A stretch of DNA of 64,000 nt from an uncultured delta proteobacterium (GTDB lineage Bacteria > Myxococcota_A > UBA9160 > SMWR01), in contig CAWHTE010000008.1 in the NCBI GenBank assembly GCA_963832165.1, positions 70,250 to 134,249 on the forward strand, in the 5' to 3' direction. The notes under the pieces were generated by a model. The model ran no database searches, was not told the DNA's origin, and saw only the letters and a program-made list of their open reading frames with translations. The position numbers and the translations under genes are program-made. Shown one piece after another: positions 40,049-50,633 of the stretch; position 1 is the stretch's first letter; every line of letters starts with the position of its first letter.

Positions 40049-42330
40049 TCACCAAGGATGGACCAGTGACGCGATCTGGGACGGGGAGAGCGGAAGCCGC
40101 GTGAGCTTCACTCCGAACGGCGAGAGCGCGTCGGCCACCGCGTTGACGACCGCGGGCGGCGCCCCGATCGCGCCGCCTTCGCCTACTCCCTTGTAGCCGC
40201 CCGGGCCGGGGCTCGGCGTCTCGATGTGCCCATACTCGATCGCGGGCACTTCGGCCGCGGTCGGCAGCAGATAGTCCATGAACGTGGTCGCGACAGGATT
40301 GCCGTCCTCGTCACAGGCGAGGTGCTCGAACAGCACGCCGCCGATGCCCTGGACCGTACCCCCCGCGATCTGGCCCTCGACGACGTTCGGATTGATCATC
40401 GGGCCGCAGTCCTCGCTCACGATGTACCGCAGCAGCTGAACTCGGCCCGTGGTCACGTCGACCTCGCACGTGCACACGTGTGTGGCGTTCACGAAGATGG
40501 CCGGGTTGTTCGCGGTGTACGGCGCACTCGCCTCGAGCCCATCCGGCGCAGCGAGCTTCCCGAACGAGATGCCCTGCGCCGGCTTCCCGCGCACGCTCGC
40601 GCGACTCTCCGCGAGCTCGACGTCGTCGATCGCCACGCCGAGCGCTCGAGCCGCGATCGCGAGGATCTGGTCGCGCAGTACGTTCGCGGTCTCGCGCACC
40701 GCACCCGCCGTCATCGACGCGCTGCGACTGCCGGCCGCGCCCGCTCCGACGGCCGTGACGGCGGTGTCTCCCTGGATCGTGTCGACGTCCTCGATCTTCG
40801 CGCCGAGCGCATCGGCGGCGAGCTGCACGACGGTGGTCTCGATGCTGTTTCCGCTCGAGCCACCCGCGATGTAGACGACGACCCTGCCCGTGGGCTCGAT
40901 GCAGATCTTCGCGGTCTCGGTGGCGTACGCGCCGTAGCCGGGCGTCGACGCCTCGACGTAGTTGGACGTGCCGACCCCGAGATAGCGGCCGACTTTGCGC
41001 GCCTCGGCCTGCTCGGCGCGAAACGCCTGGTAGTCGAGCATCGCGAGCGCCTGCTCGAACGTCTCGAGCGGCGAGATGTTGTCGTACTTCATGCCGCTGA
41101 AATTCGCGTACGGAAGCTCGTCCCGGCGCAAGAGATTGCGCCGGCGCAGCTCGACGGGGTCGATGCCCATCTGCCGCGCCGCGATGTCGAGCAATACCTC
41201 GCGAGCGAGCGACTCGTACTGCCACGGGCCGCGATACGGCGCGCGCCCCTGGGTGTTCGTGTAGACCGTCTTGACCGCGAACCCGCCGCGCGGCACGCGG
41301 TAGGGACCCGGGAAGAACGTGCCGACGGCAGCGGCCGGAAACAGAGGCCACGGCGTGGGATAGGCGCCGCAGTCCTGGAGGAAGTCGATGTAGGCGGCCT
41401 GGATCGCGCCTTCGCCGTCGAACGCCATCTTCACGGCCGCGTGTTCGAGCCTCGACTTCCCGCCCGCGAGCAGGTTCTCGCGGCGATCCTCGACCCACTT
41501 GACGGGTGCGCCGGCCACGGGAGCGGCGAGCATCAGGCACATCTCGTCGCGCTGAACCATGATCTTCTGCCCGAATCCGCCGCCCGTGTCTCGCATCACG
41601 ACGCGGACGCGGTCCTCGGGCATCCCGAGCAGGCGCGCGCAGAACAGGCGCACCTCGTGCGGCGATTGCGTCGACGAGTAGATCGTGAGCTCGCTCGTCG
41701 CGGGCGAGTAGTCCACCACGAGGCCGCGCCCTTCCATCGGAACCGGGGCGCAGGCCTGCTGGTAGATCGTCTCGCTCACCACGTGCGCCGCCGAGGCGAA
41801 GATCGCGTCGAGCGCCGAGGCTGGGAGCGTCGTCATCTGCGCGATGACGTTGGAGCCGTGGCTCTCGTGCACGAGCACCTGCGCCTGCTCGGCCTGGGTG
41901 TAGTCGACGACGGCCGGGAGCGGGTCGTAGTCGACCTCCACGCGCTCGGCCGCATCCTCGGCGAGGTAGCGGTTCTCGGCCACGACCAGCGCGACCGGAT
42001 CGCCGACGAAGCGGACCTCGCCGTCGGCGAGCGGCGGGCGCGGCGTCTCGGGCATCTCCTTGCCGATCGTCGTGTGCCACTGCTCGCGGACACGGGGATT
42101 GAGATCGGCGGCCGTGAACACGAACCGCACCCCGGGCATCGCGAGCGCTGCCGACGCGTCGATGCGCCGGATTGCCGCACGCGCGAATGGGCTGCGCACG
42201 AAGCACGCGTGCAACATGCCCGGCAGCGCGACGTCGTCGACGAAGGTGCCCCGGCCCGTGAGCAGGCGGTCGTCCTCGACGCGGTGGACGCGCGCACCCG
42301 CATAGCGAGAGGAGGATCCCGTCGAAGCGG

Positions 42331-42334
<4 letters not shown>
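40049..42334 (-). CDS. Xanthine dehydrogenase-family molybdopterin-binding large subunit (CoxL-like, not CODH)
   Basis: RVEDDRLLTGRG, TQSPH, GGGFGQK, PYRGPW, GQIAGG, KGVGEGG. Confidence 0.92.
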
Positions 42335-42808
<474 letters not shown>

Positions 42809-42816
<8 letters not shown>

Positions 42817-43685
42817 GGCGTGCCTCCGCGATCGCCGTGGTCCACGCGCGCGCCACCATCGCGGCTCCGACGCGCTTGCGGTACTCCGCCGATCCGTGCA
42901 GATCGCTCGGCACCGAGTCGAGCCCGGAGATCGCGAGTCGCCCCACCTCTTCCGCCTCGACTTCCTTCACCACGCGGCCGGCGATCTCGGCCTCCGCCGC
43001 GCTCGCGCGTTCGGGCGTCGACCCGAGTCCGAACAGGCTCAGAGCGCAGCGGCGGATCCGATCACCGCCGTCGAGCTCGACGCCGATCGCGGCGCCCGCG
43101 ATCGCGAAGTCGCCGTGACGGCGCGCGAACTCCTCGACCGCGAAGCCGCTGCGCGTGCCCCAGATCGGGAACGACACGCCCGCGAGGATCTCGTCGGGCG
43201 CCACCTTCGTGCTCCAGAGACCCTCGAAGAAGTCGCGCGCCTCGATCGCGCGCCTCGCCCTACGCCCCGACGACCTCCATGCGCGCGTCGAGCGCGAGGG
43301 CGACCGCCGGGTATTCGGCGGCCGGGTCGGCGTGTGCGATCGATCCGCCGAGCGTGCCGCGGCTGCGGATCTGGAAGTGCCCGATCAGCGGTGTGGCCTT
43401 CGCGAGCAGCGGAACACTCGACGCCACGTCGGCGCTGGCCTCGACGGCGGCTTGCGTGGTGCCTGCACCGATCCACAGTGCGCCATCGCGGCGCGCGATG
43501 CCCGAGAGCTCTGCGATGCGCCCGATGTCGACGAGGTGCTCGAAGACCGTGAGCCTAAGCGCCAAGAGCGGGATGAGGCTCTGGCCACCCGCCAGCACCT
43601 TCGCCCCCTCGCCGAGCTCGGCGAGCAGCTTCGCCGCATCGGCGACCGTGCTAGGCGAGTGATATTCGAACGGGGCGGGCTTCAA
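42809..43685 (-). CDS. FAD-binding medium subunit (CoxM-like); frameshift near 43262
   Basis: KPAPFEY, LAGGQSL, RSRGTLGGSIAHADPAAE, then ARRHGDFA and DLHGSAEYR in the next frame. Confidence 0.88.
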
Positions 43686-43695
43686 CGGGTAAAGC

Positions 43696-44439
43696 TCACG
43701 CGAGCTTCGCGGCCCATCCGCCATCGACCGGAATGATCGCGCCGCTCACGTAGGAGGCGCGGTCCGACACGAGGAACGCCGCGACCTCCGCGACTTCTTC
43801 CGGCTGCGCGCCGCGACCCAGCGGCGCCTTCGCGCCCATGAAGGCGGCCAGCTTCTCGCCGCCGGGCGCGCTCATCTCCGTGTGGATGAAGCCGGGGCAC
43901 AGGCAGTTGGCGCGGATCCCATTAGCACCGTATTCGACGGCGGCCGACTTCGTGAAGGAGATGACTCCGGCCTTGGCCGCCGAGTACACGCTCGTACCGG
44001 CAGTTGCGTTCAGACCCGCGAGCGACGACCAGTTGACGATCGAGCCGCCGTGGCCGCCCGCGAGCATGGCGCGGATCCCGTGCTTCGTTCCCAGGAACAC
44101 GCCGCGCAGATCGACCTCCATGAAGCGGTCGTAGTGCTCCGCGGTCACGTCGGCGATGCTCGCCGCACCGGCGATCCCGGCCACGTTGAGCACGGCGTCG
44201 ACGCGGCCGAAGTTCTCGACCGCCGCGCGCATCAGCGCCTCCACGTCTGCCTCCTGCGTGACGTCGCAGTGCACCGGAAGAACGTTCGCGCCGAGCGCCT
44301 TCGCGGTGTCCTTCTCGCCGCCGCTGATGTCGGCCGCCACGACCTTCGCGCCCTCGCGAACGAAGATCTTGCACGACGCTCTGCCCATGCCGGAGCCGGC
44401 GCCTGTGATCACCGCGACCTTGCCGTCCAACGATCCCAT
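43696..44439 (-). CDS. SDR oxidoreductase
   Basis: TGAGSGMG, NVAG, YSAAK. Confidence 0.92.
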   Translation of the reverse strand: MGSLDGKVAVITGAGSGMGRASCKIFVREGAKVVAADISGGEKDTAKALGANVLPVHCDVTQEADVEALMRAAVENFGRVDAVLNVAGIAGAASIADVTAEHYDRFMEVDLRGVFLGTKHGIRAMLAGGHGGSIVNWSSLAGLNATAGTSVYSAAKAGVISFTKSAAVEYGANGIRANCLCPGFIHTEMSAPGGEKLAAFMGAKAPLGRGAQPEEVAEVAAFLVSDRASYVSGAIIPVDGGWAAKLA

Positions 44440-44581
44440 TTCGCGGCCCCTTCGTGGCGTGGCGCAATGCGCGCGAATTGATGTCATCATACCATGACAC
44501 CAATATCGGCGAGTGGCAATTTTGCCAGGCGCGGCTGTCGCCGTCAGAATCGCGCCTTCACTGTCCGAGCGAGGTCGAGCC

Positions 44582-45739
44582 ATGGCGGATCTGATCAAGG
44601 ACAAGACGGCGATCGTCGGCATCGGCCAGACCCGATTCGGCAAGGGCATCGAAGACACCGAGCTGTCGCTCGCGTGCCAGGCGGTTTCGACCGCGATCGA
44701 CGACGCGGGTCTGCGGCCCTCGGAGGTCGATGGCCTCGCGATGTTCTCGATGGAGAACAGCCGCGAGGTCGATCTCGCGCGCAGCGTCGGTCTCGGCGAC
44801 ATCACCTACTTCGGCGAGATCGGATACGGCGGCGGCGCCGCGTGCGGAACCGTCGGCCATGCCGCGATGGCGGTCGCGACCGGACAGTGCGAGGTCGCGG
44901 TCGCATGGCGTGCGCGCAAGCGCGCGGCCAAGTCGAGCCGCGTCTGGATGCAGGCCTCGGAGCGCATGGGCGGCCAGTTCCAGTGGACCCGGCCGTTCGG
45001 CCTGCTGCGCCCCGTCGACGAGATCGCGATGCTCACGCGCCGCTACATGCACGAATTCGGCGCCACGCGCGACCACCTGGCCAACGTCGCGCTCGCGTTC
45101 CGCAAGCACGCCAACCAGAACCCCAACGCGATGATGCGCGACAAGAAGCTCACGCGCGCCGAGTACATGGCCGCGCGCTGGATCTCCGAGCCGCTATGTC
45201 TGTTCGACAACTGCCTCGAGACCGACGGCGCGCTGGCCTGCGTGATCGTATCCGCCGAGCGCGCGCGCGATCTGCGCCAGGACCCGGTCTACATCCACTC
45301 GTTCGCGCAGGGACTGCCCCGTCAGCACACGACGATGACCAACTACTGGTGCGACGATCCGCTGCTCGGCCCGTCGTGGGCCACCGCGAGGCGGCTGTGG
45401 GCCAACAGCGACATCGCGCCCGCCGACGTCGACGTCGCGCAGATCTACGACGCGTTCAGCCCGCTGATCCCGCTCTCGCTCGAGGGATACGGCTTCTGCA
45501 AGCGCGGCGAGGGTGCCGCGTTCACCGAGGACGACGCGCTCGAGTGGCCGAATGGCCGGCTGCCGACCAACACGTCCGGCGGAGGCATGTCCGAGGCGTA
45601 CGTGCACGGCTTCAACCTCGTGCTCGAGGGCGTGCGCCAGATGCGCGGGACCTCGACGTGCCAGGTGAAGGACGCGGCGAGTTGTCTCGTGACCAGCGGC
45701 GAGGGCGTTCCGACCAGCGCCGTGCTCTTGCGGAGGTAG
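44582..45739 (+). CDS. Thiolase-fold lipid-transfer protein (Ltp2-like, probable retro-aldolase)
   Basis: AIVGIGQT, DNCLETDGA, QIYDAF, NTSGGGMSEAYVHG. Confidence 0.88.
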   Translation: MADLIKDKTAIVGIGQTRFGKGIEDTELSLACQAVSTAIDDAGLRPSEVDGLAMFSMENSREVDLARSVGLGDITYFGEIGYGGGAACGTVGHAAMAVATGQCEVAVAWRARKRAAKSSRVWMQASERMGGQFQWTRPFGLLRPVDEIAMLTRRYMHEFGATRDHLANVALAFRKHANQNPNAMMRDKKLTRAEYMAARWISEPLCLFDNCLETDGALACVIVSAERARDLRQDPVYIHSFAQGLPRQHTTMTNYWCDDPLLGPSWATARRLWANSDIAPADVDVAQIYDAFSPLIPLSLEGYGFCKRGEGAAFTEDDALEWPNGRLPTNTSGGGMSEAYVHGFNLVLEGVRQMRGTSTCQVKDAASCLVTSGEGVPTSAVLLRR

Positions 45740-45741
45740 AG

Positions 45742-46176
45742 ATGGCACCGAGCTATGTCCTTCCCGATCTCGACGACCAGGACGGCAAGCCGTTCTGGGA
45801 CGGCACCGCGCGCGGCGAGCTGCTCGTGCAGAAGTGCGCGTCGTGCGGCCGCATGCGAATCCCGCCGCGGCCGATGTGTGCGGAGTGCCGGGCGACCGCC
45901 CACGAGTGGGCGCGGCTCTCGGGCAAGGGGCGGGTCTGGTCCTACGTGGTGCCGCATCCGCCGCTGCTGCCGGCCTACACCGATCTCGCGCCTTTCAACG
46001 TGATCACGGTCGAGCTCGAAGAGGATCCGTCGCTGCGAATGATCGGAAATCTCGTGGCCTCCGCCGACGGCGCGATCAACGAGATCGACCCGAGCTCGAT
46101 CGAGATCGGCGAGCCCGTGCGCGTAGTGTTTGCGAAGGTCGACGACGTGCATCTGCCCCGCTGGGTGCGGGCGTAA
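45742..46176 (+). CDS. DUF35 Zn-ribbon/OB-fold protein
   Basis: PFWDG, CASC..PPRPMCAEC, SGKGRVWSY, VELEE, IGEPVRVVF. Confidence 0.92.
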   Translation: MAPSYVLPDLDDQDGKPFWDGTARGELLVQKCASCGRMRIPPRPMCAECRATAHEWARLSGKGRVWSYVVPHPPLLPAYTDLAPFNVITVELEEDPSLRMIGNLVASADGAINEIDPSSIEIGEPVRVVFAKVDDVHLPRWVRA

Positions 46177-46193
46177 CGAGGAGAGGGAGAGGC

Positions 46194-47351
46194 GTGGCCC
46201 GCAACGACGAGTTCGACACCTCGGACATCGATCGCTGGATCGGTGTACCGATCGGCGGCGGCGAGATCATCGAGGACATCCACGTCAACGACATCCGCCG
46301 CTGGGCGCAGGCGATGCAGAACCCAAACCCGCTGCATTACGACAAGGTCTGGGCCGCCGGGAGCCGCTTCGGCCGGATCCTCGCACCGCAGTCGTTCACA
46401 GTGAACTGCACCTGGGGCCACGGCGCCGAGCCGTCGATCCAGGGAGTCGTGCCCGGCACGCACATGCTGTTCGGAGGCGACGAGTGGTGGTTCTTCGGAC
46501 CGCGCATCGAGCCCGGCGACGTGATCCGGAACGACAAGATGCTCTTCGACTACCGCGTGCGCGACACCGCGTTCGCGGGTCCCACGATCTTCTCGCGCGG
46601 CGATACGAGCTACGTCAACGCGCGCGGCGAGCTGATCGCGAAGCAGCGCTCCACCTCGATCCGCTACCTGGCCGAGGAGGCGAGCAAGCGCGTGAAGGAA
46701 GAGGACAAGGTCGATCCGGTGTGGAGCGACGAGGATCTCGCGCGCGTCGAGGAAGAGAAGATGGACTACTTCAAGACCATCCACGATCTCGGCCACGAAA
46801 AGCGCCTGTTCGTGCGCAAGGGAGACGCCCTGCCCCGCCGGCCGATCGGGCCGCACACCACGCAGACCTTCACGAGCGAGTGGCGCGCCTATCTGTTCAC
46901 GATCTGGGGCGCGTCGAACTACGACATGGCGAGCTCGTCGACCGAGCGCGCGGGCTGGCTGCCCGAGATGACCAAGGACTTCGAAGGCGGCAAGGTCGAC
47001 CCGTCGCGCACCGACGGCCTGTACACGGGTCCTTCGCGCGGCCACACGATTCCGAAGTACGCGCAGCTGATCGGCATGCCGCGCGGCTACGGATACGGAG
47101 CCTCGATGGGCGCTTGGTGCCTCGACTACCTGGCGAACTGGGCCGGGGAATACGGCTTCATCCGCCACAGCGATGTGAAATATCGCGCGCCGGCCCTCAC
47201 CGGCGACGTCACCTACATCGACGGTGAAGTGACCGACGTCGACCACGACCAGCGCGATGCACTCGTGGCGCGTGTGTCGCTGCGCCTGATCAACCAGCGC
47301 GGCATGCGGCTCGTGGATGGCACCGCGGAGGTCGAGCTTCCGCGGGAGTGA
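46194..47351 (+). CDS. Double hot-dog (MaoC/FAS1-like) acyl-CoA dehydratase
   Basis: DIRRWAQAMQNPNPLHYD, APQSF, FGGDEW, GYGASM, PALTGD. Confidence 0.82.
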   Translation: MARNDEFDTSDIDRWIGVPIGGGEIIEDIHVNDIRRWAQAMQNPNPLHYDKVWAAGSRFGRILAPQSFTVNCTWGHGAEPSIQGVVPGTHMLFGGDEWWFFGPRIEPGDVIRNDKMLFDYRVRDTAFAGPTIFSRGDTSYVNARGELIAKQRSTSIRYLAEEASKRVKEEDKVDPVWSDEDLARVEEEKMDYFKTIHDLGHEKRLFVRKGDALPRRPIGPHTTQTFTSEWRAYLFTIWGASNYDMASSSTERAGWLPEMTKDFEGGKVDPSRTDGLYTGPSRGHTIPKYAQLIGMPRGYGYGASMGAWCLDYLANWAGEYGFIRHSDVKYRAPALTGDVTYIDGEVTDVDHDQRDALVARVSLRLINQRGMRLVDGTAEVELPRE

Positions 47352-47360
47352 GCCCGGGCC

Positions 47361-48260
47361 TCACACCTCGGAATGCTTCCCGATCCGCTCCAGGAATCCG
47401 GAGAGCTGCTCGGGACGGCGCACGAAGTTTCCGGCCATGAACTCGATGTCGGTGACGCCCGCTGCGCGCGCGGCGTCGATCGCCGCGATCGCAGCGTCGA
47501 GGTCGCCCACGCCTTTGGCGTCGTAGGTGACGGGCGTGTGCGCGCGCACGCGGAGCTCGGCGGGATCCCGCCGAGCCTGCTCGAACGCGCGCCGCAGGAG
47601 CTCCACACCCTCGCGGATGAACGCGGGGTCCGCATAGATCGGGATCCAGCCCTGACCGAGCTCTGCAACGCGCGCTGCGTTCGCTTCCGTGGGTGCGAGG
47701 CCGAACCAGAGCGGCAGCGGCGTCTGCAGCGGCTTCGGGTTCGACCAGAGCCCCTCGAAGCGCACCGTCTCGGATTCGAACGTCGCGGGATCGTCGCGCC
47801 AGAGCACACGACACGCGCGCAGCTGATCGTCCATGCGCGCCATGCGGCCCGCGAACGGGATGCCCGAGGCTTCGTACTCCTCGCGCTGCCACCCGGTGCC
47901 AACGCCGAGGTCCAGACGCCCGCCCGAAACGACGTCGAGCGTCGCCGTGATCTTCGCGAGCAGCACCGCGGGGCGCAGCGGCGTGATCAGCACGCCCGTG
48001 CCCAACCGGATCTGCGACGTCGCGCCCGCGATCGCCGCGAGCATCGTGAGCGGCTCGAACCAGGGATACTCGGGCGGCAGCGGGAACTTCCCGAACGGGT
48101 AGCGATCCGTGCGCGCGCTCATCACGACGTGGTCGGTGAAGTTGAGCTGGTCGACGCCGGCCGCTTCCGCCTGGCGTGCGACTTCGATCAGCCCGCGCGG
48201 ATCGCCCCCGAACAGCCTCTCGAGGCCGAAGACTCCCAGCGAGATGCGCAGCGGCTCCAT
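47361..48260 (-). CDS. LLM-class (probably F420-dependent) oxidoreductase
   Basis: TDHVVM, EPLTMLAAIAGAT, LAKITATLDVVSGGRLDLGVGTGWQREEY. Confidence 0.9.
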   Translation of the reverse strand: MEPLRISLGVFGLERLFGGDPRGLIEVARQAEAAGVDQLNFTDHVVMSARTDRYPFGKFPLPPEYPWFEPLTMLAAIAGATSQIRLGTGVLITPLRPAVLLAKITATLDVVSGGRLDLGVGTGWQREEYEASGIPFAGRMARMDDQLRACRVLWRDDPATFESETVRFEGLWSNPKPLQTPLPLWFGLAPTEANAARVAELGQGWIPIYADPAFIREGVELLRRAFEQARRDPAELRVRAHTPVTYDAKGVGDLDAAIAAIDAARAAGVTDIEFMAGNFVRRPEQLSGFLERIGKHSEV

Positions 48261-48305
48261 TCGGATCCTCCCGTTCGTGGGCTCATGGTAGAGGCTCTCG
48301 ACCGG

Positions 48306-50504
48306 CTAGCGCTCGACGGAGAAGATCAAAGGCAGCGGTCGCAGGGCGCCGAGCAAGTCGCTGTAGTCGTCGGTCCAGAGCGGCGCCGACGCGAGCGTTT
48401 CGGGGGTCGGCGTACCCACGCGGATCGCGTCGTCAGCGACACCGAGTGAGTGCAGGCGTTGCAGCGCGTGGTTCGCGAGCGAACGGATGCGAGCCTGGTC
48501 GCGCGAGAGGAAGACCCAGGTCGACTGCCCACTCATGTGCGCCACGAGCGAGGGCGTCTCGATGTCCAGGACCTGGAGCCCCGCGTCGGCCGCGAGCCGC
48601 GCGAGGACCGGGACCAGATCGAAATGCCGGTTCGAGACGTGAAAGGCGAGCAGGCCGGTCTCCGCGAGTGCGTCGAGATAGAGCGCGAGCGCCTCGCGCG
48701 TCAGCAGGTGCACCGGGATCGAGTCGCTGCTGAACGCGTCGATCACGAGGAAATCGAAGCGCGGCAGCTCACCACGCTCGCGTTCGGACGCGAGCGAAAT
48801 CCGCGCGTCCCCCTCGACGACCTCGACCGTGGCGCCGCTCCCGGACAGGTAGCTGAAGGTACGGTCGTCCCGCGCGAGGCGGGCAACCGCGGGGTCGATT
48901 TCGTAGAAGCGCACGCGATCGCCCGGGCGACCGTAGGCCGCGAGCGTCCCGATGCCGAGACCGACGACGCCTAGCGAGCTCGGCACGTCGGGCTCACGCT
49001 GTGCCAGCGCGAGTCCGATTCCGGTGAGGACTCCGAAGTACGAGGTCGGCCGGCGCGGAGCGCTCGCGAACTGCACGCCGTGAAGCGTGGTGCCGCTGTA
49101 GAGGTGTTTCTGCACACTCGCGCCGTCCCCGATCTGCCGGACCCGCAGCACGCCGAAGAAGGTCCGCTCCTGGTGAAGCAGGTCGTCGGGCCGCCGCAGC
49201 TGCCGCTCCGCCCACATCGGCAGCGCAACCGCAGTAAGCGCGAGCGTGAGCGCCCAGCGCCAGCGCGGCGCGCCCGCGCGGAGCCAGCCTCGGGAGTCCT
49301 GCGCGCAGGCCGCGAGCACGAGCAGCCAGGCCAGCGCGGATCCGATCACGAGCTCGAGGAAGTCATCGAAGATCCGCGGCGCGATCAGTCCGACGAAGAT
49401 GCCGCCGAGCGCACCGCCTGCCGACAGGCAGAGGTAGTAGAGCGTGAGCGAGCTCGCGGGCGGGCGGAGCCGGTAGAGCTCGCCGTGGAGCACCATGCAG
49501 GCTCCGAACAGCAGCAGCGCGTGAACCGCGATCTGGACCTGGATCGATTTCAAGAGCGACAGGAACTCGGCGTCACCTTCGAGGCCCGCCACTTCGATCA
49601 GCGGCCCCGCCGCGAGCGGCAGCGCCGCGAGCGCGAGGTAGGGCGCGCGCCGATAGCCTCGCTCCCAGCCGAAGCAGAGAACGAAGGTGGTGAGATAGAT
49701 GCCGAGCGGAAGCACCCACAGGAAGGGGGCACTCGCGACGTCGAGCGCGAGCTCGTTGGTGACGCCCATCATCAGCACCACCGCACCGGCCGGAAGCAGC
49801 AGCCAGAGCACGAGACGTGCGAGCGCCGGTCTCTCCGCCGCGGGCGCCGCTGCGACCGTCGAGTCCCCGCTCGACAGCTGGCGCCGCGCGAGCACACCGC
49901 ACGCGAGCACCGCGAGCGCGGTCGCGACGAAGGCAAGCGACCATAGCTGTCCCGTGCTCGAGAGCGGGAGGCGCGGCTCGAGCAGGAAGGGATACGCGAT
50001 CAGGGCGAGGAAGGACCCGAGGTTCGAGACGGCGTAGAGGGGATAGGGAGAGCGCAACGGGTAGCGACGCGCGAACCAGGCCTGAACCAACGGGCCCGTC
50101 GCAGCGAGCGCGAGGAAGGGAATCGCGACGTGCGCGGCGAGCATCGCGAGGATCGCTGCACTCGGCTCGACGGCTCCGGTGGGCATCCAGCGTTCCGGGG
50201 GCAGCACGGGAAGCGCGATCAGCGCTCCTGCGAACACGAGCGCGTGAATCGCGAGCTGGATCGCGGGTCGCGCAGAGCGGGTCAAGAGGTGCGCGTACGC
50301 ATAGCCCGCGAAGAGCGTCGTCTGGTAGAACGCGAGGCACAGCATCCAGACCGCGGGGACGCCGCCGAACCAGGGCAGGATGCGCTTGCCCACCATCGGC
50401 TGGACCATGAAGATCAAAAAGGCGGACGCGAAGGCGGCGCCCGAAAAAAGCAGCGCTCCGAGGAGCTCCCGAGACTTCGATCCGGACGCGACGCGCATCC
50501 CCAT
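48306..50504 (-). CDS. Fused multi-TM / spermidine synthase-like protein
   Basis: Many TM helices (FMVQPMVGK..LPWFGG, PYPLYAVSNLGS), then GTTLHG, VVGLGIG, YEIDP, GDAR, DAFSSD, WTDDYSDL. Confidence 0.9.
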   Translation of the reverse strand: MGMRVASGSKSRELLGALLFSGAAFASAFLIFMVQPMVGKRILPWFGGVPAVWMLCLAFYQTTLFAGYAYAHLLTRSARPAIQLAIHALVFAGALIALPVLPPERWMPTGAVEPSAAILAMLAAHVAIPFLALAATGPLVQAWFARRYPLRSPYPLYAVSNLGSFLALIAYPFLLEPRLPLSSTGQLWSLAFVATALAVLACGVLARRQLSSGDSTVAAAPAAERPALARLVLWLLLPAGAVVLMMGVTNELALDVASAPFLWVLPLGIYLTTFVLCFGWERGYRRAPYLALAALPLAAGPLIEVAGLEGDAEFLSLLKSIQVQIAVHALLLFGACMVLHGELYRLRPPASSLTLYYLCLSAGGALGGIFVGLIAPRIFDDFLELVIGSALAWLLVLAACAQDSRGWLRAGAPRWRWALTLALTAVALPMWAERQLRRPDDLLHQERTFFGVLRVRQIGDGASVQKHLYSGTTLHGVQFASAPRRPTSYFGVLTGIGLALAQREPDVPSSLGVVGLGIGTLAAYGRPGDRVRFYEIDPAVARLARDDRTFSYLSGSGATVEVVEGDARISLASERERGELPRFDFLVIDAFSSDSIPVHLLTREALALYLDALAETGLLAFHVSNRHFDLVPVLARLAADAGLQVLDIETPSLVAHMSGQSTWVFLSRDQARIRSLANHALQRLHSLGVADDAIRVGTPTPETLASAPLWTDDYSDLLGALRPLPLIFSVER

Positions 50505-50633
50505 CCGTCACTCCCGCGCTCCACCCGCACCGCGACGCGCCTAGCACCCACCATTCATGGGACAAAAGCCGGTCGACGATGGCCAACACTCGCCACCAGC
50601 TCTGGGACCGTCTCGCCCGCTGGGTCCGCGCGC

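Noticed and set aside
44470..44530. Another copy of the 22-bp-phased operator
   Set aside because: AT-rich with a GGCAATTTTGCC near-palindrome, but the match to the 6-3-6 consensus is too weak.
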